Assembly: GCA_036785375.1 (NCBI GenBank)
Contig: JAWMAR010000256.1
Location: 3,162,001 to 3,226,000, forward strand
Direction of reading: 5' to 3'
Source of the DNA: Leucoraja ocellata
Lineage: Eukaryota
DNA length: 64,000 bases
The notes under the pieces are model-generated. The model was not told where the DNA came from, did no database searches, and saw only the letters and a program-made list of their open reading frames with translations. The position numbers were made by a program, and so were the translations under genes. Each line of letters starts with the position of its first letter. Position 1 is the first letter of the stretch. Shown here piece by piece: positions 1 through 12,561 of this stretch.

Positions 1-1210
1 TACATCCATTGATCATTGACTTGTATTGACTTCCAGATCTGCATTAACTCACATTTTTAATTCATATTTTCTTTATCTCACTCCATGGTCTTAATCCTCC
101 AAATCTGTATAACCTCATTATAACCCCAACCTGCCAAAATTTTCAATTTCCCAGACTCCAGGCTTTCGACATCACCTTTGCATGCCTGGTTTCAGAAATC
201 CTCTCCTTAAACATACATAGCAGCTAAATGAGGCAGATTCAACCTTTTTGACTGAGCCTTTGGTCTTTCGTACTTAATCTTTTTGGCTCTGCATCATTTT
301 TCCCTACTTACCTGCTATGAAGCATAGCAGGATTTTTAAAAAGTAGTTGCTACATACATGTTTTATTTGAAAGACCGTTAAATTAAAAAGATCACTATTT
401 AAGTGTTGAGCCATTACAACCTACGGAATTACAGCCAGTGGAATTACATCAAATCATACAGGCATGGATGATTTGCTGACTCCCAGCAGCACGTGAACAT
501 TAAATTAGCATCAAATATTGCCACTATTAATTTAACATAGGCTATAGTTAGTCAGGTTCCTCTTAACTTTGGCTTGCTAACTGTGCAGAAAGATTTCCAT
601 TTCTACCTCCCTCCCCACTACAACATCCCCCAATTATATTTTATTCATTACTCAGAGAAAAATAATTTAAAACAGTCAAGGGGAGTTTAAATTAAGCCCA
701 TCTCTTTTCAATTGGATAGTTCTAAAGACCACTTCCTTTGAAGTTCTTACAGTGGATGAACATCAGGGTTAGTCAGCTGACTGATAAGATTCAGTTACAG
801 GATGAAATTGTGAAATTGCAGTACTTTTGAGTTTGCTTCAGTTATTTGTAACTTAATGTTTATTTGTAATTTAATGTAACTTAAATAATTCTATAGCAAA
901 ATATTACTGTTTTCCAATGTATGAGTACACTATTTCAGTTGCGTGTCTAATCAAACTCAGCCATCGGAATTTTATTTACTGTTGCTTACTGTCTATGTGC
1001 TTCATCAGGAATGAGGCTTATAATTACAATATCAGCCTCTGAAATGTGCAACCATCACCTCATTATGTAATAGGTAAAGATTAAATAAGGATTAATTGAC
1101 CAAACTTGATTATTTATCTACGTTTATGGCTCTTTGTCATATTTTATTGATGACACCCCTAACAAGACTCATGGGATATTTCACTACATTGGAAATACTC
1201 TATAATTACA

Positions 1211-1292
1211 GGCATGATCTTATTGAATGGTGAAACAGGCTTGAGCAAATGGCTGACTTACTCCTGTTCCTATTTCTTATGATCCTATGGTC
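1211..1292 (+). mobile_element. Old CR1 LINE 3' UTR/tail fragment
   Basis: 'gatcttattgaatgg...tggctgacttactcctgttcctatttcttatgatcctatg' matches the CR1 3' end seen at 12490-12560 and 50380-50450. Confidence 0.55.
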
Positions 1293-2239
1293 GAAAATGT
1301 TATTGCCGGTGTACTGAAGGAGTGACATGCTGTATTTCTTGAATAACATTGTGTCACCCGCTAGGTTATTCACTTCAAACTATTAATATCCTTCACAAAT
1401 TAATGTAATGAAACAATTTTGTTCATGTACCTTTGCAAATAACATCCCCCAGTGCTGTTGTATCTAGTGGGTTGGATTGTCAGGGAACATAATTACATAA
1501 TTCAGAAGTCAGACTAAAGTTAATTAATGCATATCATGTATCCCAACAGGTGGGTGGGATATGATCGGCTTCATTGTATTGCTTTGGGGATTGGCATCTT
1601 ACTTCAGGACCCATACACATTATTAAACATCTTGGAAATATACACACTCCAGCTCAAATATATTACTGGGGTATGTTTTCAGGGAGCTATTTGCATCATG
1701 CAGTTTTCCCTGAGGCCAAGCTGCTGAACTCTATTACAAAAGGGAAAGGCATTCATTTTGTGTTTGTTAGAAAATAATGAGGTACATATTTTACCAAACA
1801 GCAGAATTCAGGACCCAAGCATTCTATGATGTGAACGTTGCAGTGTGAATGGTTTATATTTGCCTTGTTGTGCAGTGCTAAATACACATTCATTATATTG
1901 AAATTTTACAGATTTCCAGTGCCTTCAAAGACAACTAGATTTTGCAAGGTTTACAAAAAAAATGTTGCTCTATTATTTAGTGAGTGGTTATTATTCAAGA
2001 TATGTTGGGCATTTCATAAATCTGCTTTTAAGGCGAGTTATTTGTCTGCTAAGCAATTAAATAATTAATGAAGAAATCATATAAGACTAAAGACAGAGAG
2101 ACAATAGGTGGAGTTACTTTGATTTTGCAATCAGCAAAGGCAGTTTAAAGGATTGGGGAATGTGGAAGAGAAGCAAATTTGCAATAAAACTAATTTCACC
2201 CATGTTGCCACAAATTTTCTGGGTGCAGTAACATTCAGG

Positions 2240-2630
2240 ATCAAAATACAATTATGCAGAATCAAATAAATTTATGAAAGACAAAATTGTTTTCAAATGG
2301 AATCGTTATTTGATAATAAGTGAAGGAAAGCCATTGGGTGTTGTTTACATTGATTTTTAAAGGGCTTCAGATAAGCTACTATATGATATGTTATATTATG
2401 ATACATTGGTTTGGGACTCAAGATGTAAAAAATAACAAAATGCCTTGGATAGATGATTTATTTAACAAAACAAAAATAGAATGGGACCAAATGGCTTATT
2501 TTCAGATTAGAACATTGTAACTAATTGGGTTTGAAAAGGAGAAGTACTGAACACTATCAATTTATTATCAATAATAATGACATGGATTAAAATCTAGAGA
2601 GTAGTATCCAAGTTTATTGATAATAGAAGA
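2240..2630 (+). mobile_element. Highly decayed CR1 RT fragment, ending at the Helitron
   Basis: 'gttgtttacattgatttttaaagggcttcagataag' resembles VVYLDFQKAFDK; 'atccaagtttattgataatag' resembles SKFADDTK. Confidence 0.55.
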
Positions 2631-2930
2631 ATAGACTATGTGGGACCCATTGGGTCCCATGTTCACACGGGAGGGCTGGTCCCCCAACGCAATATTCCAC
2701 CTCTCCACCAAATCCAATATTGGTGGCCAGGTTGGGGGGGGGGAGGGTTTCTGGAACACTAGTATGGATGTTGTGGGCTGAAGGGACTGGCTTCCAGAGG
2801 GTTAGTATAGACATTGTGTGTCGAATGGATTATTGGGCTGGCAGCTCAGTCACTCAAGCCTCGTGTGCTGGCAGCTCACACTCATGGCTGGTGGGTGAGC
2901 AGCTGACACGGCTATTCCTTGAAATTCCAT

Positions 2931-3268
2931 ATCAAGCAGGATGCAAGGCCACCAAATTCAAGTGCATTTTCATACCACTTCAAGCAGGATGCAAGGCCAC
3001 CAAATTCATGTGCAGTTTTATACCACTTCAAGCAGGGTGCAAGGCCACCAAATTCAAATATTGTTTCCTATCACTTCAAGCAGGGTGCAAGGCCATCAAA
3101 TTCAACTGCAGTTTCATACCACTTCAAGCAGTGTGCAAGGCCACCAAATTCAAATGCAGTTTCATACGATTTCAAGCAGGTTGCAAGGCCACCAAATTCA
3201 AGTGCAGTTTCATACCATTTCAAGCAGGGTGCAAGGCCACCAAATTCAAGTGCAGTTTCATACCATTT
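2931..3268 (+). repeat. 48-bp minisatellite, about 7 copies, inside the Helitron
   Basis: Unit ttcaagcagggtgcaaggccaccaaattcaagtgcagtttcataccac in tandem; produces the repetitive ORFs 2720..3520, 2919..3314 and 2941..3288. Confidence 0.95.
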
Positions 3269-3813
3269 CATGCGTGGTGTTCGGTTGATGCGCAGCTCAG
3301 GCAGAGAGTCATGACCTCTCCCTCCCCCATCTTGCAGAGACTCAGCCACGTCCACATTTCTGGGTTTTATAGTCCCTCCCCCTCCCAATGGAAGGGGCAT
3401 GGCCTTCATGGCATGATTCACATGAGAGAGGATCTCAACATTTTTAAAACTTTAATAAGTCTATTATTTTTCATCGATGGGAAAAATCCCGTGTCCCTGA
3501 CTGCTGGACCTGGCCTCTGAGTAAGATGGCCAATAATTACATAAGTGCTAGCATTTTTTCTAAAATCAAAATTCAGTCCAAAGAGTATGTCGTCAAGTTT
3601 TGATTTTTTAAATTTCCAATTTCAAACCAAACCACTTTTGAATTTTGGTGTTGTGGGCTGAAGGGACTGGTTTCCAGAGGGCTATTATGGACATTGTAGG
3701 CCAAATGGATTTTTGGGCTGTCGTCTCAGTTACTCAAACCTGTTGTGTTGGCAGCTTACTCACTCACGACTGGTGGGCTGGCAGATGACTCACGGCTATT
3801 CCTTGAAATTTCA

Positions 3814-3932
3814 TTTCAAGCAGGGTACAAGGCCACCAAATTCAAGTGCAGTTTCATACCACTTCAAGCAGGGTACAAGGCGACCAAATTCAAGTGCAGT
3901 TTTGTTGCCATTTCAAACAGGATGCAAGGCCA
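3814..3932 (+). repeat. Second block of the 48-bp minisatellite, about 2.5 copies
   Basis: Same unit as 2931-3268, preceded by a duplicate of the 2765-2930 module. Confidence 0.9.
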
Positions 3933-4261
3933 TTAAAGACAGCGAGTCGTGACCTCTTCCTTCTCCATCTTGCAGAGACTGAGCTACGCCCACACTTCTG
4001 GGTTTTATAGTCCATTCCCCCCTCCCACCAGAAGGGGAGTGGCCTTCATGGTGTGATTGACAGGAGAGAGAATCTCAACATTTATTAAACACTAATAACT
4101 CTTTAATTTTTCATTGATGGGAAAAATCCTCGGCGCCTGATGAGCGGAGGGGGACTGAGTTAGATGCCCAAAAATCACAGCCGTTCGTGGTAATGTTTTT
4201 TTCTAAAATCAATATAAAGCGCAAACAGGAAGTGTCAAGAATAGACTTTTAATTATATAGT

Positions 4262-4338
4262 AGGCAAGGCAACTTTAATTAAGCAATGCAACTTTAATTC
4301 AGCAAGGTGACTTTAATTAGGCAAGGCAACTTTAATTA
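4262..4338 (+). repeat. 19-bp tandem repeat, 4 copies
   Basis: Unit aggcaaggcaactttaatt. Confidence 0.9.
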
Positions 4339-4488
4339 GGCAACACAGCTTTAGCATTTCCAAACCAAAGGCAACACAGCTTTAGCATTTTCAAATCAAA
4401 GGCAACACAGCTTTAGCATTTCCAAACCAAAGGCAACACAGCTTTAGCATTTCCAAACCAAAGGCAACACAGCTTTAGCATTTCCAAA
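4339..4488 (+). repeat. 31-bp tandem repeat, about 5 copies
   Basis: Unit ggcaacacagctttagcatttccaaaccaaa. Confidence 0.92.
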
Positions 4489-4883
4489 CTATATTTTTAA
4501 ACCACATTAAAGGCACTGACAGGTCAGTAAAACCACTCACAGTTTAGCAGAAATATGTTCAGTGTTATTCACAGCTCAGACTGAGAGGCGTGACCCTCAC
4601 ACTCCCCCACCTTGCAGAGACTGACTGAGGCACTCAACATATCCGGGTTTTATAGTCCCTCCGGAAGGAGTATGGCCTTCAGGAGAGAGAATCTCAACAT
4701 TTTTTAAATAATAATAACTCTTTTATTTTTCATTGATGGGAAAAGTCCTTTTGTCCTGCGCAGCGGACGGAGACTCTGAGCAAGATGGCCAAAAATCACA
4801 GCCGTAAGTGGCAGTGTTTTTTTCTAAAATCAATATATAGAACAACAGGAAGTGGTCAAGATCAGACTTTTAGTAATATAGAT

Positions 4884-6258
4884 AGGCTGACATCGGTGGT
4901 GGGGAAGGTGCTGGAGTCAATCATAAAAGTTAAAATAATGACACTTTTAGATAGCAGTAACAGGATTGGTCCGAGTCGGGATAGATTTACAGTGAAAATC
5001 ATGCTTGACTCATTTTTTGGAATTTTTTGAGGATGTAACTAGGGAAATGGATTAGGGAGAGCCAGTGGATATAGTGTACCTGGACTTTCAGAAAGCATTT
5101 GATAAGGTCCCGCATAGGAGATTAGTGGGCAAAATTAGGGCACATGGTATTGGGGGTAGAGCACTGACATGGATATAAAATTGGTTGGCAGACAGGAACC
5201 AAAGAGTAGGGAAAAACGGGTCCCTTTCAGAATGGCAGGCAGTGACTAGTGGGGTACCGCAAGGTCCGGTGCTGGGACCGCAGCTACTTACAATATACAT
5301 CAATGATTTAGATGAAGGGATTCAAAGTAACACTAGCAAATTTGCAGATGACACAAAGCTGGGTGACAGTGTGAACTGTGAGGAGGATGCTATGAGCATG
5401 CAGGGTGACTTGGACAGGTTGGGTGAGTGGGCCGATGCATGGCAGATGCAGCTTAATGTGGATAAAGGTGAGGTTATTCACTTTGGTAGCAAAAACAGGA
5501 GGCAGATTATTATCTAGATTCTGTCGTTGGGAAAAGGGGAAGTACAATGGGATCTGGGGGTCCTTGGTCATCAATCAATGAAAGTAAGCATGCAGGTACA
5601 GCAGGCAATGAAGAAAGCGAATTGCACGTTGGCCATCATAACAAGAGATGTTGAGTATAGGAGCAAAGAGGTCCTTCTGCAGTTGTACAGGGCCCTAGTG
5701 AGACCACACCTGGAGATTGTGTGCATTTCTGGTCCCCTAATTTGAGGAAGGACATTCTTGCTATTGAGGGAGTGCAGCGTAGGTTTACAAGATTTATTCC
5801 CGGGATGGTGGGACAGTCATACGCTGAGAGAATAGAGCGGCTGGGTTTGTATACTGTGGAATTTAGAAGGATGAGAGGGAATCTTATTGAAACATATAAG
5901 ATTATATAAAGGGTTTGGACACACTAGAGGCAGGAAACATGTTCCTGATGTTGAGGGGATTCCAGAAGCAGGGGCCAAAGTTTAAGAATAAAGGGTAAGC
6001 CATTTAGAATGGAAATGAGGAAACACTTTTTCACACAGATAGTTGTGAGTCTGTGGAATTCTCTGCCCCAGAGGGCGGTGGAGGCCGGTTCTCTGAATAC
6101 TTTCTCTTGATAGATAGGGCTCTTAAAGATAGCGGTCAGGGGATATGGGAAGAAGGCAGGAACGATGTACTGATTGGGGATGGTCAGCTATGACCAGATT
6201 GAATGGCGGTGCTGCTCGAAAGGGCCGAATAGCCTATTCCTACACCTGTTGTCTATTA
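4884..6258 (+). mobile_element. 5'-truncated CR1 LINE (RT C-terminal half plus 3' UTR), frameshifted
   Basis: ORFs 5185..5517 (SGVPQGPVLGP...YINDLD...SKFADDTK), 5527..5745 and 5721..5909; CR1 tail 'ggccgaatagcctattcctacacctgttgtctatt'. Confidence 0.95.
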
Positions 6259-6261
6259 TGT

Positions 6262-7280
6262 GATAGCACACCAGGTAGTGACAGAGAGTTTTAAGATTCA
6301 CTAGGAAAACGTACAACCTCATCAATGTCTGTCACACTGTCGATAAATGTAATTTGTACAGATTGTCTGGAAAGCTTCTAAAGAAGGTCCTTATTCATGG
6401 CTTACACTGCATCATTTTTGGTGCTAAAATTGCCCTTTTATGCAATCATTGGTAATTCAAATAGTGTTGAGCACCATTTTGGTAAACAGCTTAAATTTAT
6501 TCAACAATTCAGCATAAGTTTTTCGTTAAAATCATCCTGCTGGGTCTTCCTGTTTAATTCCCCCATTTAAGTACATTTTATTGTAAACTCATCCGCAGAT
6601 GGATTGCCTGTCGCTGCGCTCGCACTGTATATTGGATTTCAATTGCAATAATTTAAGATTTTCCAAAATATGTGTTGCTTTAATACATGCTGTCAATGTA
6701 TCTTTTCCTTTACCTTGTGGAATAACTCATTACATTTGACCAAAAATCCCGAACCTATGAAAATTTTAATGTGTCTGAGATCTTGCACCGTTTGATCAAA
6801 ATTTTCCACTGCTGTCCCAAACAATAATTTTAGAATTGTTTCCTTTGCAGTTCCCTGATTAATGTTATATGTTGGTGTCTCTACATCTGTCAAATTTAAA
6901 GGAGGTTTAAAAGCTGAATGTACCGTTTACCCCTGTTGAAATTATTGAAGCAATGCCTCAAGGTGCCATGGCCAAGGCAATCACATTTTGTCTTCAAACC
7001 ATAGATACATATGGAACATTATTCCCATTCTGTCAAAATTATCCGAAAACAAAGATTTTCATTGCTATCAAAATTTTACGATAGTCTCTACGGCATTTCT
7101 TTGGTATTTCACTTGAATCTTTCTCATGTTTTTTTTCCTCTTGAAGATATTGCAATCATTTGTTTAAACTCTTGATGGAAAACGGTGCACAAATTCTCAG
7201 TTTCTCTTTGTAATTCAGGTAAACCAAATTTGCTCAGGTCAGATCAACACAAATATTTAGCAACTCATTCATTAATAGAT
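6262..7280 (-). pseudogene. Decayed Helitron Rep/Hel PIF1-family helicase coding fragment
   Basis: Manual minus-strand translation across stops and frameshifts gives IALAMAP*GIAS, TVHSAFKPPLNL..ETPTYNI, AVENFDQTVQDLR, VIPQG..DTLTACIK, KRAILAP, IDSVTDIDEVVRFPSE..SLSLPGV; colinear with Helitron helicase motifs (ASSGIAA, GRTAHS.FKLPL, LDRTLRDLR, RAILAPKN, YPTEFLNSL..PG). Confidence 0.85.
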
Positions 7281-7404
7281 CTGAGAAAAACCTCCTCATT
7301 GGGGAAAGTTTAAACTAGGACCCCTTAGGGCCATGGAGAGCATCCAATAGAGTGTTTAGAAAAACTAAGAATGTAGTGTACAGCATTCTTATAAACCTAA
7401 CTTG

Positions 7405-8600
7405 CATGTGAGTAACCAGAGAGAAGGTAGAATCATTCAAGGATAAAGGAGGGAATTTGTGCCTGCAATCTGGGGTGTAGGTGAGGTACTAAATGGGTAC
7501 TTCACCAAGGAGAAGGACATGGAGGACCGTGAGATCAGAAAGGAGAATACCAATATACAAGGGCAGTTTGAGATTAAGAAGGAGGAGGTGTTGGAGCTCT
7601 TGAAAAGCATTAAGGTGGATAAATCCCCAGGATTTGATGGGATCTATCCCAAGTTATTGAGAAGGAAGAAGATTGCAGAAGATTGTGGCTTCTTTAGTTA
7701 CAGGTGATGTACCAGAGGACTGGAAAGTAGCTATTGTTTCTTTTTTTCAGAAAGGAAAGTCAGAGAATTCACAAATTATTGTGTAGGCTGGTGAGCCTAG
7801 CGTCAGAGGTAGGGAATCTATTGGAATGGATTCTTAAGAATAGGATTTACTCCCGTTTTGAAGAGAATTTGGTTAGAATTTGGAAAAGAATCATGGCATG
7901 TCATGATTTACTAACTTGATTGCGTTTTTTGAGGCCCATGGTAGGCTGATGCAGAAGGTTAACATGCACGGGTTTAACCGTGACTTGGTTGTATACATTT
8001 TGAATTGGCTTACTGGTAGAAGATAGAGGATTGTGGTGGAACAACAATACGCAGGGCGGAGGTCTATGACCAGTAAAGTTCTGCAAGGATCTGCACTGAA
8101 CCTCTGCTGTTTGTGATATATAAACGTAACATGGACGTAAATATAGATGGGATGATTAGTATGTTTACAGATTACACCAAAATTGCAGGGGTCACGTAGT
8201 GTGATGAAACCTGTCAAATGCTTATGTTAACTTTTGAGTAGATGTGCGTTTTGTTGTTAGTATGGTTGTATGGTAAATCGAATATCACTGTACCTTCATT
8301 GGCACATGACACGTGACAATAAAGACCTTGAACCTTGAAATGGGTAAAGAAATGATAGGCAGAATTTAATCCAAACAAGTGTGAGGTGTTACACTTTGAG
8401 ATGTCAGATGTAAAGGGAAAATATACAATTAATAGCCTGACTCTTAACAGCATTGACATAGAGGGATTTTGGGGTTAAAACTCCCCATAGTGCAAAAATC
8501 CCTGTAAGTGGCAGGACAAGTAGAAAGTGTGATAAACAAGTATATGGTATGCTTTTTTCATAGGTTGGGGCATTGAGTATAAGAGTATATTTATGATATT
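7405..8600 (+). mobile_element. Old CR1 ORF2 fragment with a short retroposon 3' tail inserted at about 8215-8338
   Basis: ORF 7459..7707 (IKVDKSPGFDGIYPKLL); 'atgtttacagattacaccaaaattg' resembles KFADDTK; the insert ends 'caataaagaccttgaaccttgaa'. Confidence 0.85.
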
Positions 8601-9092
8601 CTAGTTTCATCCTAAATATATGCATCTGCCCTGATATTCGTTTCGTAACCTGTACAGCATCTTTATTTTGCATCCTAAAGTACGTTTGAAAAGTTAATCA
8701 TAAGTTGTTTACTGGCATGCTTCCTGTGAGAATTATTTTTAATATAAAGCCTGTTTCATGATATCGCATTTGCTGATGCCAGTTGTGCCCCACAAACTGG
8801 TGACTGACAGCTACAGGCGAGAACCCTTCCAAACGAGAAGTTCTTCCCACTAAGATTGTTGGATCTTTCCAGACAGCATTGGATGAGAAGAATTTTACTG
8901 CTGAATGCAAATTCTGAAGCAAGTTATTTACTAAAAATCTAGTTACTGTGTACAATTAAATCATGAAATTCTTCAATGTAACACAAATAGGTTATTTTGA
9001 ATTATTGTAAATAGGTACCATGTTTAAATGTATTATGCTACATGTGGATCACCACATTCACATTTATTGGGACCAGATTTGGACGGGTCTAT

Positions 9093-9400
9093 CATAGAAA
9101 CATAGAAACATAGAAATTAGGTGCAGGAGTAGGCCATTCGGCCCTTCGAGCCTGCACCGCCATTCAATATGATCATGGCTGATCATCCAACTCAGTATCC
9201 CGTACCTGCCTTCTCACCATACCCTCTGATCCCCTTAGCCACAAGGGCCACATCTAACTCCCTCTTAAATATAGCCAATGAACTGGCCTCGACTACCCTC
9301 TGTGGCAGAGTTCCAGAGATTCACCACTTTCTGTGTGAAAAAAGTTCTTCTCATCTCGGTTTTAAAGGATTTCCCCCTTATCCTTAAGCTGTGTCCCCTA
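9093..9400 (-). mobile_element. CR1 3' end
   Basis: (catagaaa)n tail; ORF 9265..9459 (RGHSLRIRGKSFKTEMRRTFFTQKVVNLWNS); nearly identical to 42085-42412. Confidence 0.93.
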
Positions 9401-12399
9401 TCTTTGCGGGCCTTTGTAATTCGGAGACCAGTGATCTTGTCCAGACCATAACTGGTCATTAAATTATGATATCAGTTCATTTCAGCACTGCATAGATTCA
9501 GTAAAGTGCCTCTGATGCCCAGGAAAATTGGAGGTAGCATGGCCAGATACAAGATATATGAGGAAACGCATGTGCCATCAGGTTATTGAATGTTTTAAAA
9601 TTAAGAAAGCTGAAACACAAAATGCTCATGAATAAATAAAATCATTAAACTAAAGCAAAATTATTAAGAAGAACCAGGATTCTTCTTTCATTTCTTATCC
9701 ATTGACCTACGACTACTAATAGCATTCAAAGGAACTCAGTTCCAATGACAGGTCTGATCTGGCATGCAATCCTTGTGGAGATTTCCCAGTTTAATGCTGG
9801 GAATCCAAAAAAGATTGGTCCCACTGCAGGATTTAAATTGCAGAAGAGTGATTAACCTATCCAGCCTGTTTGTACACAATAATTCTGTGTTTTGCAGGGC
9901 ATGCCTCAAAATGATTTACATGGGTGAGAATAATAGTTCTATTCAGAAGCCCTGAGAAAACTAATCTGGACCTAGCCCTTCAGTTCGCCACAGCTTAAAA
10001 TCAACTTGAATAGATACCAATGCTGTCAGTGCAACCTATTAATGACAAGGACTGCTGCCTCTGGAAATAGAACTCCATCCCTGTTTTGTCAAAATATTTT
10101 AATTAGGTTCAATCATTGAATAAATTGCATTGAGAATGATTTTTTTTTAATCCATTCAGTGAGATTAGTAGTGATCAGTCACTGCAAGACAACTGGCCTT
10201 ATTTTAGAGAGGAGTGATAATTTCATGCCACTTCCCTTTAACACAGCATGTATCCATTATAGTTACAAATTAATCTACCATGTGCTCTGTTTGAGCACAT
10301 ATTAACCTACAATTTTATGATGGTTCAAACTCAATTTTCAGAAAGCAGGAATGATCTGGTTCCTACTTTCAAAGTATTTATCTTTTTATTTCTTGGGAGA
10401 GGGCTTTGTTTCTGCGAGTATGCAAACATAAGAAAAGCTCGCTCCCACAGGAGGATTGTTGAAGTTCCAATCACCTGTTAACTAAGCAGCAAAAATCAAT
10501 TTGCAAAAGTTAGACTCGGGCAAAGCCACTTTATTTTTAAGATATCTGTTTTATCACATTATACACTTCAGATAGCTTGAAGCAGACATTGAAAAGGGAA
10601 GGATAAGCTGATAAGCATATTATACGGTTCTCAGCTGAGCTGCCGTAGGACTTTTCCCACCGAAGGGTGACATCTCGGCCTTTTCAGTCTTGCAGAAACC
10701 TGGCATCCATTTTGTGAGCTGATCAAAGTGCTCTATGTCCTAAACCATGAAGGAGTGGATTGTCTTCCAGCATTTCTCACAGAGTTCCGAGGCAGGTGCA
10801 AGTGGCTGTCTGTCTGGGCAGAACTATAAAAGAGAACAAGAGAAATGATCTGTATGAAGAAAAAAGAAGTGTTAGTGAATGTCTGAACCAGACAGCTGGC
10901 GAAAAATTAAACAAAGACATTGCAAGGCAGACGGCAGCTGTGTCAACCAGAAATTCAACCTGAAGGCATTGATATCTCAATAAAAGATAGAGGGAAATAC
11001 CAATGTGTGTATCAAACCCGGAAGTGGATTTAAACATTCCCGGTTTTTCCCAGGGGTGTGGAAGATTCCTATCTTTGGTAATTGTTTTTCATGCTATTTG
11101 AATTACTTTTTCATCAGCACCACATCTTTGCTATTCAAAAAGGATGCATAAATAATTAGGCATCTCAAAGTTAAGTAATAATGTAATGTGTCTGGTACTC
11201 TTTGTAGCAAGAATGAACTCAAAGTGATTGCATGCACTGAAATCATGCTGTAAATCTGAATTAGAACACAGCAGTAATATTTATATATACACCATTTATA
11301 ATGAACTTGCATTTAGCTATATGTGAAACATATATTTCCTTAAACCATACAACACCATGAACCTGAGATAAGGTCTTGTTACCTGCTTGTAATCTAATGA
11401 GCAGCATACTTTTCCAATTAAATGTAATGTTGATTTAAATTACTCAACAACAAATGCGTGGAAAGGATAGCCAGTAACAAAGATAATTTGTTTACCTTTG
11501 TGGTTGGCATGAACAGTGGGAGATAAAAGAAATTCATGCTCTTAAACCAATTATTCCATTGCACGCTCTCAATAGCAATTCATTTCACTAAAGAGATTGT
11601 TTTAAGACCACTGCCACATCTAATTAAAGCATTATACCACTCCTCAACATTAGAGAAATTCAACAGTTTATGAAGGCGTTGTGGTGGATGTGATAAGACT
11701 TTTTACAGCAAAATCATATTCTTCATAATCTCCTCCCCTGCTCTACATGTTAGGATTTTGTTAGGACACATGACAACAAAATGGTGATATTGATACAAAA
11801 CAGGTAATAGACCATTGTGATTCATGAAATTATGGAATTATGGAATTGTTGTTCCTTCAATTATTCCATTGATTTTTTTTTGTCATTCTGGTTAACCCCT
11901 GTGCTGCTTGTGAAGGTCATTTAAAGAGTGTGAAATTCAGCAACAAGGTTTATAAAAAATAGTTTTATCAGATTACTGTGTGGCATTTTGTACTCAAACT
12001 GACATTGGTGTTCCCTAATAATGTATTATGAATTCTCACAGTTGTCAGCATGAAGCTCAACAAGTGCAACTTTTATAATCAGCATTTTATGGGACATAAC
12101 AGCAGAGAAACAATGCTCATCAAGCCAGGGGCACTAAAACTCAATGATGATGTTCTTTTGGAAGCTGGGTGGCAGATAAGTGTCCCCAAAGGTCAGAAGG
12201 ACCGGACAAGCTGGCAAGAAGAATGGTCTATGTACAAGGAATAGTATGGAGACCCAAATGGAAATGAACTGGTGCCGTTGGTCTGAGGTTCCATGGAAGC
12301 TTAAATCAATAGGGAAGCTTGGAATGCAATCAAATGCATGAGCCCATTCTGCTTGTCTTATCGGCAAAAATAAGTAATTTGTTTAACTTGGAGATAAAG

Positions 12400-12561
12400 G
12401 AGGGAGTTAGATGTGGCCCTTGTGACTAAAGGTATCAGGAGGTATGGAGAGAAGGCAGGTACAGGATACTGAGTTGGATGATCAGCCATGATCATATTGA
12501 ATGGCGGTGCAGGCTCAAATGGCCGAATGGCCTACTCCTGCACCTATTTTCTATGTTTCTA
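12400..12561 (+). mobile_element. CR1 3' UTR and tail
   Basis: 'gagggagttagatgtggccctt...ggccgaatggcctactcctgcacctattttctatgtttct'. Confidence 0.9.

Larger units (their letters stand above)
2631..4882 (-). mobile_element. Composite non-autonomous Helitron
   Basis: On the minus strand it starts A|TCTATATTACTAAAAGTC (4882) and ends with a perfect hairpin TGGGACCCA-A-TGGGTCCCA (2659-2641) about 10 nt before GTCTAT|T (a CTRR variant); no TIR or TSD; internal minisatellites; a related 5' end lies at 16931-17246. Confidence 0.75.

Noticed and set aside
2931-4488. Regularly spaced repeats as a CRISPR array
   Set aside because: Units are head-to-tail with no unique spacers, there are no cas genes, and the context is a vertebrate genome
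12050-12244. 64-aa ORF after an AG acceptor-like site as a host exon
   Set aside because: No recognisable protein similarity and no convincing donor site
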